The position numbers and the translations under genes were made by a program. Of a DNA stretch of 62,347 bases, positions 35,394 through 45,425 are shown piece by piece. Source of the DNA: Nitrospinota bacterium. GTDB taxonomy: Bacteria > UBA8248. The notes below the pieces were generated by a model, which saw only the letters and a list, made by a program, of their open reading frames with translations, was not told the DNA's origin and did no database searches. The stretch is taken from NCBI GenBank assembly GCA_030754595.1, contig JASLZZ010000041.1:1-62347 (forward strand), read 5' to 3'. The number at the start of each line of letters is the position of its first letter. Position 1 is the stretch's first letter.

Positions 35394-37070
35394 TTACGGC
35401 CTGGGCGCAAGCGCTTCGATGTCCGTCACGACATCCAGGACGACGGGACCGTCCTTGATGGCGAGGGCCTGCTCGAGGGCGCCTTGAAGCTCGCCGGGTT
35501 TTTCCACCCGGATGGCGGAGGCGCCCATCGACTCGGCGATGGTCTTGAAGTTTGTTTTTCTGAAGTGCCAGAGCTCGTGGCCGGATTCGGGTTGCTTTCC
35601 GCCGTAGGCCTTGTCGAAAATCGCGGTCTCCTGGTTCTGGGAGCTGTTGTTGTTCACCATGAGGATTGTGTTGATTTTCCAGCGGACGGCCGTCTCGAGC
35701 TCGGAGAGGTGATACCAGAAGCCCGCGTCGCCGGTGAAAAGAACCACGGGGCGATCGGGGGCGCCGCATTTGGCCCCGAGCGAGGCCGGAAAACCCCAGC
35801 CCAGATGGCCCGCCGCGCGCATGTAGCTTTGGTCCGGGCTGTTCAGGTCGAGATAGCCGCCCGTCCACATGCCCGAGTGTCCGGTGTCCGCGACGACGAT
35901 CGCGTCCGAGGGCAGAAAATCGGTGAAAGCCTGGCAGATGCGCTCGGGGCGGATCGGCGTGTCGTCCGAGTTGAGTAGCGGGGCGAGTTCCGCACGCCAC
36001 CCGGCGACCACATTTTGGCAATGCTCGACCCATTCCTTGCGGGAGGAAGCTGTCGAGGCGTCCGCCGCGTCGATGAGTTTTCTGAGCGAGACCTTGGCGT
36101 CTCCAAGGATAGAGGCCTGGAGGGGGTAGTTTCTTCCCAACTCTTCGGGGTCGATGTCGAGCTGTATCGCCGGAGTTCCGATGGGGGGAACCGACCAGAA
36201 GTGGGTGACCATCCCTCCGGTCTGGGTGCCCACGAAAAAGACGAGGTCGGCCTCCCTTACGAGTTGGTTGGCGCACGGGCGGGGATATGAGCCCGCAGCG
36301 CCCAGCGCGAGGGGATGGTTGCCGGGAACGGTGTCTTTCCCGTTCATCGAATTGGCGATGGGAATCTGGAGCTTTTCGGCGAGCGCTACGATCTCGGCTC
36401 CGGCGCCCGAGGTGCGGACACCCCCGCCCGAGATGATGACGGGTTTTTTCGCCGCCTCAAGTACCTTCACCGCCCGGGCGATAGGCTCACTCTCGGGCTC
36501 GGGCCGGTAGGGGGGGACGCTTGAGAACTGCTCCTCGACGATGAGTTCGAGGTCGGCTTCCCGCTGTTCGATCTGGCCGAGGTTACCCTTGAAGCGGAGG
36601 TGGACCGGGCCGGGGGTGCCCGAGGTGGCTGCCCGGAACGCCTGCCGGAGGAGGTCGGGGAAACGCTCCACGCTGTCCACGTAGGCGTTGAATTTCGTCA
36701 CGGGGTCAAAGGCGGAGATGTCTTCGACCTCCTGATAGGCGTTCCGGTAGCGGGTTCCCGGTTCGCTGCCGCCCGAGAAGGCGATGAGCGGAGTGCAGGC
36801 CAGCCAGGCGTCGCGAAGCCCCGCCGCCAGATTCACCCCGCCTACGATCTGGGACATGCATATGCCCGGCCGCCCGGAGGCCCTGGCGTATCCGTCGGCC
36901 ATGTAGGCGGCCGCTTTCTCTCCGTGGGTGAGAATCCTGGCGATATCGATTCCCCGTTGGTCGATTTGGGCGAGCATGGTGCTCAGGATGGTGGGCACAA
37001 AGAAGATATGGGTTACGCCGTAGCCTTTCAGCGATTCGGCGAGGTATTGCGCCCCAGTCATTTTCGGCAT
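35394..37070 (-). CDS. Thiamine diphosphate-dependent enzyme (acetolactate synthase-like family)
   Basis: MTGAQYLAESL, HGEKAAAYMADGYARASG, GDAGFWY..NN ThDP motif. Confidence 0.92.
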   Translation of the reverse strand: MPKMTGAQYLAESLKGYGVTHIFFVPTILSTMLAQIDQRGIDIARILTHGEKAAAYMADGYARASGRPGICMSQIVGGVNLAAGLRDAWLACTPLIAFSGGSEPGTRYRNAYQEVEDISAFDPVTKFNAYVDSVERFPDLLRQAFRAATSGTPGPVHLRFKGNLGQIEQREADLELIVEEQFSSVPPYRPEPESEPIARAVKVLEAAKKPVIISGGGVRTSGAGAEIVALAEKLQIPIANSMNGKDTVPGNHPLALGAAGSYPRPCANQLVREADLVFFVGTQTGGMVTHFWSVPPIGTPAIQLDIDPEELGRNYPLQASILGDAKVSLRKLIDAADASTASSRKEWVEHCQNVVAGWRAELAPLLNSDDTPIRPERICQAFTDFLPSDAIVVADTGHSGMWTGGYLDLNSPDQSYMRAAGHLGWGFPASLGAKCGAPDRPVVLFTGDAGFWYHLSELETAVRWKINTILMVNNNSSQNQETAIFDKAYGGKQPESGHELWHFRKTNFKTIAESMGASAIRVEKPGELQGALEQALAIKDGPVVLDVVTDIEALAPRP

Positions 37071-37146
37071 GGTTCGGCTCCTAGGAAAGAATATAAATGA
37101 AACGGAATGAGCCCGGAGCGGGCGATATGCGTCATAGCCGGTAAAC

Positions 37147-37956
37147 CTAGCGGGCCGGAAGCCCGAGTATCCGCCGCGCCTCGTCCACCGTTGCGATTTC
37201 GCGGCCAAGTTCCCGGGAAATCCGCGCGATGCGTGCGACAAGCTGTGCGTTGTTTTCGCAGAGAACGCCCTCGGTGTAGTAAGGCTCGTCCTCGGTCCCC
37301 ACGCGGACATGTCCGCCCTGGATAACCGAGACGGTTTCGAGCGCGTTGTGGCTGGGCCCGGCGGCGCTGACCGAGAAGATACACCCCTCGGGAAGGTGAT
37401 CGATCCGGTGGAGCAACTCCTTGAGAGTCGCCGGCGAATAGAAGCCCCCCGGCCAACCGAAGAAAATGGTGATCACCACGGGCGGCTCAACAATGTCCTT
37501 GTCCAGAAGCCAGGCCAGATTCCACAGGTGCCCGAGGTTGAAGCACTCGAACTCGGGCTTGACGCCATGGTCGTTGAACAAGCGAACCTGGTCCTCGATC
37601 TCCTGGCGCGAGTGCTCGACGAGAAGGTCAGCGTCCACAAACGCGAAATCGTGCGAACCCAGGGCGATGGAGGCCATGTCCGGCTTGAGATGAATGATTT
37701 TCTCCCGCCCCTTCAGGCCCATTGCCGCGATTCCGAATTGAATCAGCGCCTCGGGGCAGCTTTCGCGCACCGCCTCGGTGAGGGGCTCCCAACTCTCGAG
37801 TTTCATCGGAGTGCCGTGGATATGAGCGATCGCGGCGCCGGCATCATAGCTCTCGCGGATTTCTTTCGCGACGGCCCCGGGCGTCTGAAGCCGCTTGGGT
37901 ACGCCCTCGTGCTTTCGCGAGTCGGCGGCGCAGTTTGTGATTATAAGTTTTTCCAT
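37147..37956 (-). CDS. Beta-keto acid cleavage enzyme (BKACE/DUF849; 3-keto-5-aminohexanoate cleavage family)
   Basis: KLIIT, AGAAIAHIH, KPEFEC, GGHVRVGTED, GREIAT.DEARRILGL. Confidence 0.9.
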   Translation of the reverse strand: MEKLIITNCAADSRKHEGVPKRLQTPGAVAKEIRESYDAGAAIAHIHGTPMKLESWEPLTEAVRESCPEALIQFGIAAMGLKGREKIIHLKPDMASIALGSHDFAFVDADLLVEHSRQEIEDQVRLFNDHGVKPEFECFNLGHLWNLAWLLDKDIVEPPVVITIFFGWPGGFYSPATLKELLHRIDHLPEGCIFSVSAAGPSHNALETVSVIQGGHVRVGTEDEPYYTEGVLCENNAQLVARIARISRELGREIATVDEARRILGLPAR

Positions 37957-37971
37957 CGGGTGCGTTTCCTA

Positions 37972-38742
37972 TCAGTCCAAGGAGCCTTCGACATAAAGAA
38001 GGCTGCGGATTCGCTGGGTGAGCGAAACGAATTTTTCGTCACCCATCGTGGACAGTGAGCGAGGCCGAACGATGCCCACATCGATTATCTCGGCGATCTT
38101 GCCGGGCCGGGGGGTCATGACGATGATCCGGTCGCCCAGAAAAACCGCCTCGGGAATGGAATGGGTGATAAAAAACACAGTCTTTTTGCGCTCAAGCCAG
38201 ATTCGTTGAAGTTCGAGGTTCATCTGTTCCCGGGTCATGGCGTCGAGCGCCCCGAAAGGCTCATCCATCAAAAGGACCGCCGGATCGTGTATCAGTGCTC
38301 GGATAATAGCATTCCGTTGACGCATGCCGCCCGAGAGTTCGCCGGGATAGACGTTCTCGAAATCCTCCAGGCCGACTAGCTTAATCAAGTCGTGTGCCCG
38401 TGGGTGCGTGATCTTCGGGTCGAGTCCCATGATTTCGGCTGGTAGCAAAGTGTTGTTTAAGACTGTCCGCCAGGGCAGAAGGATAGGGTCCTGAAATACA
38501 ATGCCAACGTCGTTTCGCGGGCCGGTAATGGGATTGCCCATGAGAGAGGCGGTCCCCGACGTGATGGGAAGAAGGCCGCTCAAAATTTTTAAAAGAGTAC
38601 TTTTTCCGCAACCGCTTGGCCCGACGACACAGACGAATTCGCCCTCCTTCATCTCGAAGTTGATGTCGCTCAGGGCGTTGACCGACTCGCGGCTGGTGGT
38701 GATGTAAACTTTATTCAGATCGGAAACGGTGATGTAGGCCAT
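37972..38742 (-). CDS. NitT/TauT family ABC transporter ATP-binding protein
   Basis: GPSGCGKST, LSGGMRQR, LLMDEPFGALD, ITHS. Confidence 0.95.
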   Translation of the reverse strand: MAYITVSDLNKVYITTSRESVNALSDINFEMKEGEFVCVVGPSGCGKSTLLKILSGLLPITSGTASLMGNPITGPRNDVGIVFQDPILLPWRTVLNNTLLPAEIMGLDPKITHPRAHDLIKLVGLEDFENVYPGELSGGMRQRNAIIRALIHDPAVLLMDEPFGALDAMTREQMNLELQRIWLERKKTVFFITHSIPEAVFLGDRIIVMTPRPGKIAEIIDVGIVRPRSLSTMGDEKFVSLTQRIRSLLYVEGSLD

Positions 38743-38762
38743 TTTTCCTCATTCGAATCAGA

Positions 38763-38795
38763 CCCTGGGGCACATCGTGGTGATGTGCCCCAGGG
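38763..38795. repeat. Perfect 14-bp inverted repeat (intra-operon stem-loop)
   Basis: CCCTGGGGCACATC-GTGGT-GATGTGCCCCAGGG. Confidence 0.8.
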
Positions 38796-38820
38796 CGAAA
38801 AGTAAAACGAGTTCTCTTCC

Positions 38821-39741
38821 CTAGGTGCCCATTGTATTGTCGTTTTCAGGCGCCCAGAAAAGAACTTTCAGTTTGATGAAGCGGACGACTTTGTGCATGG
38901 CCAGCCCCATCATCGAGAGAATCACCAAGATGGCGAACGTGCCGGTCGTATCGGCGGCGAAGCTCATCTGCATAAGCAGAATCCCCAAGCCGCACTGCCC
39001 ACGGCCGCCCCACATGCACTGCCCCGCTCCGACGAATTCGCCGAGTATCGCTCCCAGTAGACTGAACACCGCAGCGATCTCGAAGCCCGCGAAAATGAAC
39101 GGCAGGGCGCTCGGGAACTGAAGCTTCCAGAAAGTTTTCCACCGGGAAGCTGATAGTGAGCGCAGAAGATCGAGTTGATCCTGATTGACCGATCTGAGCC
39201 CGACCATCGTGTTTACAAGCAGCGGGAAAAACGCCACCAGCCCCGCCAGGAAGATTTTTGATTCTACTTCATAGCCGAACCAGATGATGAACAGCGGGGC
39301 GATGGCCAGCTTGGGGAGCGTCTGAAACGCCACCACGTAGGGCATGATAATCGCCTCGACCCACTTCGACTGCATAAAAAGCAGCCCCAGCCCCAGCCCG
39401 ATGAAGCTGCCCATGAAAAATCCCATGACTGCCTCGAACAGGGTGTGGCTGATGTGGTTGTAAAAACTGTTCTGCATCAGGTTCATGAAATCCGCTGCCT
39501 CAGCGGCCGCACCACCGGAGTCCACAAAGAACAACCCGCGCAGGAGCGCCATGGCGATTCCAGAAGGGGCGGGGAGGAGAAATTCATCAATCTCAAAGTA
39601 ATTGATCGTCCCCTCCCACACCGCGATCAGTACGACAAAGGAGATCGGGAACAGGAGGTATTGCCTCTCCAGCAGAGTTTCGGCCAGCGAGGGAGCCTCT
39701 TCTTGTGCCCGTAGAGATTTGTCGGCCATCTTACTTGCCAT
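38821..39741 (-). CDS. NitT/TauT family ABC transporter permease
   Basis: LPAPS, QTLPKLAIAPLFIIWFG, LQFPSALPFIFAG, GEFVG. Confidence 0.92.
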   Translation of the reverse strand: MASKMADKSLRAQEEAPSLAETLLERQYLLFPISFVVLIAVWEGTINYFEIDEFLLPAPSGIAMALLRGLFFVDSGGAAAEAADFMNLMQNSFYNHISHTLFEAVMGFFMGSFIGLGLGLLFMQSKWVEAIIMPYVVAFQTLPKLAIAPLFIIWFGYEVESKIFLAGLVAFFPLLVNTMVGLRSVNQDQLDLLRSLSASRWKTFWKLQFPSALPFIFAGFEIAAVFSLLGAILGEFVGAGQCMWGGRGQCGLGILLMQMSFAADTTGTFAILVILSMMGLAMHKVVRFIKLKVLFWAPENDNTMGT

Positions 39742-40885
39742 AACGTTTTTGGAGCGCCCTATAGTTTTTAACTTCTTTTTTGAAGTCCCAGTTTTTCGCC
39801 CGGTTGATAATTTCCTGGCGGTCGAAATTGTTGACCTCCTCGATCAATTCATTGGTGTAGAGCGCCTTAACCATGTCCTTCGACAGCACCTTGTCGAGGC
39901 CGACAAATTTGACGTATTCGTCCCATTCGCCCTCGTGGTGCGCACCGAACTTATTGATTTTCTCTGTCCCATCATCCGGGCGGAGCTTGGGTGCCCGGTC
40001 GACAAGTACATTGAGCATGCGTGCGGTGGCTTTCTCCATGCTCATGCCCTTGGGCCGGGACTCGGGATACATAACCCAGTGCGCCTCGAGCGTGGCCTTT
40101 GGGTTCGTGTAGAAGAAGAGGCTGCCCTTGGCAAGACCTCTCAGAAAGCCCACCACCGTCTTGCGGTTCTTGGCGAAGTATTTTTTGTTAAGCCAGACCA
40201 CGTTGCCAAAAAGATTTTTTGTCCAACCCTTCTGGTAGGGGAGGAGATTGAACTTGAACCCACTCGCCTTTGCCAGTGTGTACTGCACATCGACGTTCGC
40301 CCAGGCGTCCACCCGGCCCAGCCTCAGGGCTGTCGCTGCTTTCGCGACCGGTCCCACCGGCAGATAGGTCACGCGTTGATCTTTTTTCGCGATGCCGCAT
40401 GTCTCAAGCGCCTTTTTTACGAAAAGCGGGCCCGAGTCGCGCTGGCTCATTACGCCCACTTTTTTGCCCTGAAGGTCGCACACGCTCTTGATCGGGCTGT
40501 TCGGCGGAACGGCCACCCCGTCGGCGTAGATGGCGTCGCGGTTCAGGATATAGACGCCGATGACGGGGGGGAGTTTCTTCGCTTTCGCAGCCTTGAAAAG
40601 GATCGGAATCGGGCGCGGGAGGCCGACGTGGGTTCGGCCGGCGAGCACCCAGCCCATGGCCTGTGCTCCGCCCTGGGCCGCTACGAATTGGGCGTCTACG
40701 CCTTCCTCCTGGTAGTAGCCCAGGAAGTTGCTGATCCAGAGGAATGAAATTCCCGGGTTGAACAGGGGATTCGCCATTGTCACTTTAATGTTTTTCAATT
40801 TTTCCGCGGCCGAAGCCCCCGGAGCAGGCAAGGAAAAGACCGCGATCATTGCGATCAGCACTAATCGAGCCAACATTGTTTTCAT
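39731..40885 (-). CDS. ABC transporter substrate-binding protein (NMT1/SsuA-like)
   Basis: Signal peptide; LGYYQEEGVD, SPIKSVCDLQGKKVGV, YTNELI. Confidence 0.9.
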   Translation of the reverse strand: MKTMLARLVLIAMIAVFSLPAPGASAAEKLKNIKVTMANPLFNPGISFLWISNFLGYYQEEGVDAQFVAAQGGAQAMGWVLAGRTHVGLPRPIPILFKAAKAKKLPPVIGVYILNRDAIYADGVAVPPNSPIKSVCDLQGKKVGVMSQRDSGPLFVKKALETCGIAKKDQRVTYLPVGPVAKAATALRLGRVDAWANVDVQYTLAKASGFKFNLLPYQKGWTKNLFGNVVWLNKKYFAKNRKTVVGFLRGLAKGSLFFYTNPKATLEAHWVMYPESRPKGMSMEKATARMLNVLVDRAPKLRPDDGTEKINKFGAHHEGEWDEYVKFVGLDKVLSKDMVKALYTNELIEEVNNFDRQEIINRAKNWDFKKEVKNYRALQKRYGK

Positions 40886-40969
40886 TTGATCTGTCTCCTA
40901 TAGGGTTAATGTTTGCCTCGCCTGGATTATTTCATGCGAGGCGGGATGGAAATGCTGTTCTCCTGATTA

Positions 40970-41737
40970 TTATTCCTCCACAATCGCGACCGGGCGCACC
41001 CATGCGCCGCTCGCGTCTTTGACGTTGACCGGGAAGCAGGCCAGCTTGAAGCTGTGCGGTTTCGGAATCGCGCCGATGTTCTGTAGTTGCTCGATCTGGA
41101 AATACTCGCGTTGCCGCCCGAGGATGTGGTGGCAGGGCATGAGGGATTCGCGCTTGCCCGCCTTGAACTCTGGAATCTGGTTCCGGAACGGGCGGTCGAA
41201 GCCAAAAGCGTCGATAGCGATGACACGGACCCCCCGGTCGAGCAAATACTCCGTCGCCTCGATGCTCATTCCCGGGTGGAGTTCGGAGTAGTCCGGGTCG
41301 TCCCGCTTCTCTCCGGTGCCAGTCCAGAGGAGGGCGATGTCGCCCGCCTTGACTTCGTAATCGATCTTTTCGAGCGCCTCCTTAATGTCGTCTTCGGTGA
41401 TCCAGTCGCCGGTGTTCTTGTGGCGGAGGTCGATCACCACGCCGTCGCCGTAGCACCACTCGAGCGGCACCTGGTCGATCTTCCGGGAGGGCTCTCCCGC
41501 GACGGTGGGGCCGTAGTGCCAGGGCGCGTCCATGTGGGTGCCCGAGTGGGTGGAGACGGTCAGGAACTCGGCCGCACCGCCCACGCCGTCATGAAGCTCC
41601 TCGATGGGAATGTCCCAGCTTTTGGCCGAGCGCGCGCCGAACTCGTTGTGATCGAGATAGGTGATTTCGGGAGGGCGCGGCTCGTTGGCGCCGTTTTCGA
41701 GAGGGCTGCTGAGGTCGATGAATCGGGTTGCGCACAT
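40970..41737 (-). CDS. Cyclase family metallohydrolase
   Basis: IDLSSPL, HSGTHMDAPWH, IDAFGFDRP, WVRPVAIV. Confidence 0.92.
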   Translation of the reverse strand: MCATRFIDLSSPLENGANEPRPPEITYLDHNEFGARSAKSWDIPIEELHDGVGGAAEFLTVSTHSGTHMDAPWHYGPTVAGEPSRKIDQVPLEWCYGDGVVIDLRHKNTGDWITEDDIKEALEKIDYEVKAGDIALLWTGTGEKRDDPDYSELHPGMSIEATEYLLDRGVRVIAIDAFGFDRPFRNQIPEFKAGKRESLMPCHHILGRQREYFQIEQLQNIGAIPKPHSFKLACFPVNVKDASGAWVRPVAIVEE

Positions 41738-41796
41738 GAATAACGCTCCTTGGAAAAATGAGTTTTCTGCGCCTGGTGAAACGCGGCGAAATCGGT

Positions 41797-43035
41797 TTAC
41801 GAAGACACCCAGAGCTTCCTCTCCTGCGGGTATACGAATTCGTAGCCGGTCTCGGTCACGATGACGGTTTTCTCTATTTGGGTTCCGCCCATCCCGAAAA
41901 TCTGCATCGGATTCTCGATGCAGAGCGTGGTTCCCGTCTCGAGCGGAAAATCGCTCGAGGGCGGCAGGAATTCGCTGTTTTGGGGGAACGGGTTTGTAAG
42001 AACGTAGGGCACCTCACGCTGCTCGAGGCCGATGGCGTGGCCGGCGAAGTTGCCGTTGTGCTCCGGGAACCCGCCCCCCTGGCTTGCCGACAGCATAGCC
42101 TTGTAGATGGTCGAGCCCAGGGCGCCCGCCTTGACCTCGGCGAGGCCAGCCTCGAAGCCCGCCTCGGTCGCTTTCCAGAGGTCGCTCTGCTCCTTGGTCG
42201 GCTCGCCCACAACACCGCCCCAGCCCGTGTCGGCCTGGTAGTTACCCAGATGGAGGCCTGCGTCGAATTTCCACATCTCGCCCTTGGCGATTTTTTTGTC
42301 CGTCGGCGGAAAAATGGCGACCGAGCGGCGGCCCGAGCATAAGTGAAACCATTGCCATTTGCCTCCGCCCCGGCCCACCTCGGCCGCGAAGACACTGGCC
42401 ACTTCACGCTCCACCGCGCCGTCGGCGACGGCCTCGGAGGCGGCGATGCAGGCCTTCTCGTTCAGGGCGGCGGCGGCGCGCATCGCTTCGATTTCGTCCG
42501 GGGTTTTCACCATCCGGATCAGGCGGAAAAGATCGCTCGCGTCGATGAGCTCCGCTCCGGGCAACGCCTCTTCGATTTGCGCACGGACGTTCGGCATGAT
42601 GCGTTCCTGATCGAGGGCGATGCGCCCTTTGTCGAGTCCCCGCTCGCGCAACGCCAGCGCCAGCGCGGCGCCGGGGGATTTCTCCCGGCGGGCGTCGTTG
42701 TTGTAGAGGCCGAGGAAGGTTTCCTCCTCGGGGGTCTGGGCTGTAACGCCGGGGGGCTGAATCAGGGCGCTTCTGCCGCCGAAGGTGTAGAGGTCCTTGA
42801 TCCAGGACTGCTGCATCGAGACGTAGGTGACTTCCTGGCCGGGAACGATCATTGCGGGCGATGTGCCGGTTTCCCGCGGAAAGACGGCGAACATGTGGAC
42901 GGAGTAGACATACACCTTGTTCGACCAGCCCCAGGTGCCCGCGACGTAGGTCACGTTTTCGGGTGTACTCGCCACCAGCGTATCGATATTGTGCTCTTCC
43001 ATGAATCCCCGGGCGCGGTCTTCGTTCAAGTACAT
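41797..43035 (-). CDS. M24 Xaa-Pro peptidase/creatinase-like hydrolase
   Basis: IRMVKTPDEIE, FDAG..YQADTG, GHAIGLEQRE, IENP, IEKTVIVT; ATG at 43035. Confidence 0.9.
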   Translation of the reverse strand: MYLNEDRARGFMEEHNIDTLVASTPENVTYVAGTWGWSNKVYVYSVHMFAVFPRETGTSPAMIVPGQEVTYVSMQQSWIKDLYTFGGRSALIQPPGVTAQTPEEETFLGLYNNDARREKSPGAALALALRERGLDKGRIALDQERIMPNVRAQIEEALPGAELIDASDLFRLIRMVKTPDEIEAMRAAAALNEKACIAASEAVADGAVEREVASVFAAEVGRGGGKWQWFHLCSGRRSVAIFPPTDKKIAKGEMWKFDAGLHLGNYQADTGWGGVVGEPTKEQSDLWKATEAGFEAGLAEVKAGALGSTIYKAMLSASQGGGFPEHNGNFAGHAIGLEQREVPYVLTNPFPQNSEFLPPSSDFPLETGTTLCIENPMQIFGMGGTQIEKTVIVTETGYEFVYPQERKLWVSS

Positions 43036-43321
43036 TCCGAAATCTCCTTGTGGATGGGACCGAGATGACGATTTTTCGAAGCGGCAGAACTCCCTCCCTG
43101 GGTTGGGCTCATTCGACATCCGGTTCGATTAGGCCAAATCTCGTGCAATTTGGTTGTATGGATATGCCCATTACTCTACCCGAAGAAATGACGAGAGAAA
43201 ACCTCCGCAAATCATTTGTGGAGGTTTTTTTCCTGTTTTATGGGCACTTCGGCCATTCGCCCGAATTGCCATCCTGTGGAACAATCAGGGGCCTGACCTT
43301 CTTCCCTCTGTGGTGGCCCCT

Positions 43322-44203
43322 TTGCTAGATTCCATCTCTCCCAATGTATTGTCTCTTATGTCCGCCCTGTTGGTCTCGGTGGCTCAAACCCTCTACCGGA
43401 CCGGATTGACCCGCCTGAGCCCGACCGCCACGGCGTTCATGATGAATTTCGCTTCGGCCTGGATGGCCGGCGGCCTTGTTTTTTTTCTTGATTCCGGGCC
43501 GGGGGAATGGACCTGGGAGGTGTTTTTCTGGTTTGCGATGGTGGGGGTCTGCGGCGGGGCGGCGGGACGATACCTGAATTTTCTGGCGGTTAAGCTCATC
43601 GGCCTGGCCCGGGCGTCGGTTCTGATTCAGTCGCTTCTTATCTGGACATCGGCGTTGGGCGTCATATTCCTCGGCGAGCGGCTCACGCCCGGGGTGGCGC
43701 TCGGAACCCTCGCCATCATGATCGGCGCCGTACTCCTGGTCTACGAGCGGGAGGAGGGGCGGGAGAAGATACCGCTCTGGCTCTATCTGGTGCCTCTCCT
43801 TTCATCATTCATGTATTCCCTGACATTTTTGTTTCGAAAGTATGGGCTGGCGATCGTTCCCTCGCCGCCCTTCGGGATGAGTATTTCCACGGGTTGCGGC
43901 GCCATGATTCTCCTTTTCGCCATGCCGTTCACCGAGAGGCGCTCCCCCCGCATCTGGCATCCGCGCTCCCTACTCGCCGTCGTCCTTGGGGCGGCGGTGA
44001 ATGTCCTCGCCGCGCTGCTTTTCTGGACAGCCGTCCGGGATGGAGAAATCGTCCGCGTGGTTCCCATTAACCGCCTCTCGGTGCTCTTTGTGATTTTCTT
44101 CTCGTGGTTTTTCTTCCGAAAACAGGAGGCGGTGACGCTCCGTGTGGTCATGGGTGGTGTGATCTCGGTCGTGGGCGCGTTCATCATCGTTTCGGGGAGG
44201 TAG
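43322..44203 (+). CDS. DMT/EamA family transporter, paralog 1
   Basis: About 10 TM, IFLGERLT, PINRLSVL; start set by alignment to paralog 2. Confidence 0.85.
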   Translation: MLDSISPNVLSLMSALLVSVAQTLYRTGLTRLSPTATAFMMNFASAWMAGGLVFFLDSGPGEWTWEVFFWFAMVGVCGGAAGRYLNFLAVKLIGLARASVLIQSLLIWTSALGVIFLGERLTPGVALGTLAIMIGAVLLVYEREEGREKIPLWLYLVPLLSSFMYSLTFLFRKYGLAIVPSPPFGMSISTGCGAMILLFAMPFTERRSPRIWHPRSLLAVVLGAAVNVLAALLFWTAVRDGEIVRVVPINRLSVLFVIFFSWFFFRKQEAVTLRVVMGGVISVVGAFIIVSGR

Positions 44204-44300
44204 CCTACCCCTCCCGCACCTCCCCACCGGCGGGGCCGTCGCCACCGGCGAGGAGACATGCGATAATCGGATTTTCCTCCCTTTTCTTGCCCGGTGAGAG

Positions 44301-44507
44301 TTGTTGACAGTATCCATTGGGCCGAATCTGATGGCGCTCCAGGGCGGGGAGGTAACCTGGGTGATTCCCATTCAGCGCCTCTCGGTGCTCTATATCATTT
44401 TTCTCTCATGGATTTTCTTCCGGAAGGATGAAGCCATTTCGGCTCGTGTGGTCTTGGGCGGGCTGCTCGCGGTGGCGGGGGCCTGGGCCATCGTCTGGGA
44501 CCGGTGA
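44301..44507 (+). pseudogene. C-terminal remnant of a third EamA copy
   Basis: GEVTWVIPIQRLSVLYIIFLSWIFFRKDEAISARVVLGGLLAVAGAWAIVW aligns with only the last ~55 aa of the flanking paralogs. Confidence 0.75.
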
Positions 44508-44540
44508 AGACGCCGGTTTCTTTTTTGGGGGCGAAAGGCG

Positions 44541-45425
44541 TTGCTTGATCGGATCGAACCCAACCTTTTGTCGTTCGTGGCGGCGATTTTCATCGCGGTG
44601 GCCCGGACGATGTACCGCGCGGCGCTGGTTCGCCTCGGAGCCGGCATGGTGGCCATGCTATCGAGCGTGATCACCCTCACGTTCGCCTGGATCTATTATT
44701 TGTTTTTCTCGGAAAGGGTGGCGTACTGGCCCCTGGTGGGCGTGACCTGGTTTGTTGTGATCGGCTTAGTGGGGGGGCTGGCTGGCCGATACATGACATT
44801 TTTTTCCATGAAAAAAGTGGGCTTGGCGCGCACCTCGGTCCTCATGCAAACGGGCTTGCTCTGGTCTTCGCTCCTGGCGATTTTGTTTTTGGGGGAGCGA
44901 CCGAGCCTCGCGGTGGGCGCCGGCTCCGCGGCGATCATGTTCGGGTCCATCCTGCTCGTCCTGCGCAGTGAAACGGAGAGAAAAAAAATATCCACTTTCT
45001 ATTATCTGCTCCCCCTGGCCGCCGCGATGTTCCAGGGTACTTCCCACATTTTCCGTAAATTCGGGTTTTTCTGGATTCATTCCGCTCCCCTCGGAATGAG
45101 CCTGTCGAATACCGTGGCCACACTCTCGTTGGTCGCCGTGATGTGTTTCGTCACCGAAGAGGGTGGCCTGCGCTTCTGGGAGCGCCGCCCGATGCTCCTG
45201 ATTTTCATCGGGGGCGTATTCAACGCCTTCGCCGCGCTTCTTTTCTGGACGGCCGTCCAACACGGCGAGATCGTCGAGGTGATCCCGATCAACCGCCTCT
45301 CGGTGCTGCTGATCATCTTCTTCTCGTGGCTGTTTTTCAGGCAGCAAGAGGGCGTGACCTGGCGGGTTGTCACGGGTGGACTGCTCTCGGTGGCGGGGGC
45401 ATGGGCCATCGTCTGGGGCCGGTGA
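44541..45425 (+). CDS. DMT/EamA family transporter, paralog 2
   Basis: Colinear with paralog 1; LFLGERPS, PINRLSVL. Confidence 0.87.
   Translation: MLDRIEPNLLSFVAAIFIAVARTMYRAALVRLGAGMVAMLSSVITLTFAWIYYLFFSERVAYWPLVGVTWFVVIGLVGGLAGRYMTFFSMKKVGLARTSVLMQTGLLWSSLLAILFLGERPSLAVGAGSAAIMFGSILLVLRSETERKKISTFYYLLPLAAAMFQGTSHIFRKFGFFWIHSAPLGMSLSNTVATLSLVAVMCFVTEEGGLRFWERRPMLLIFIGGVFNAFAALLFWTAVQHGEIVEVIPINRLSVLLIIFFSWLFFRQQEGVTWRVVTGGLLSVAGAWAIVWGR

Noticed and set aside
34420..36276. 618-aa Arg-rich minus-strand ORF
   Set aside because: Alternate frame over the MATE and ThDP enzyme genes
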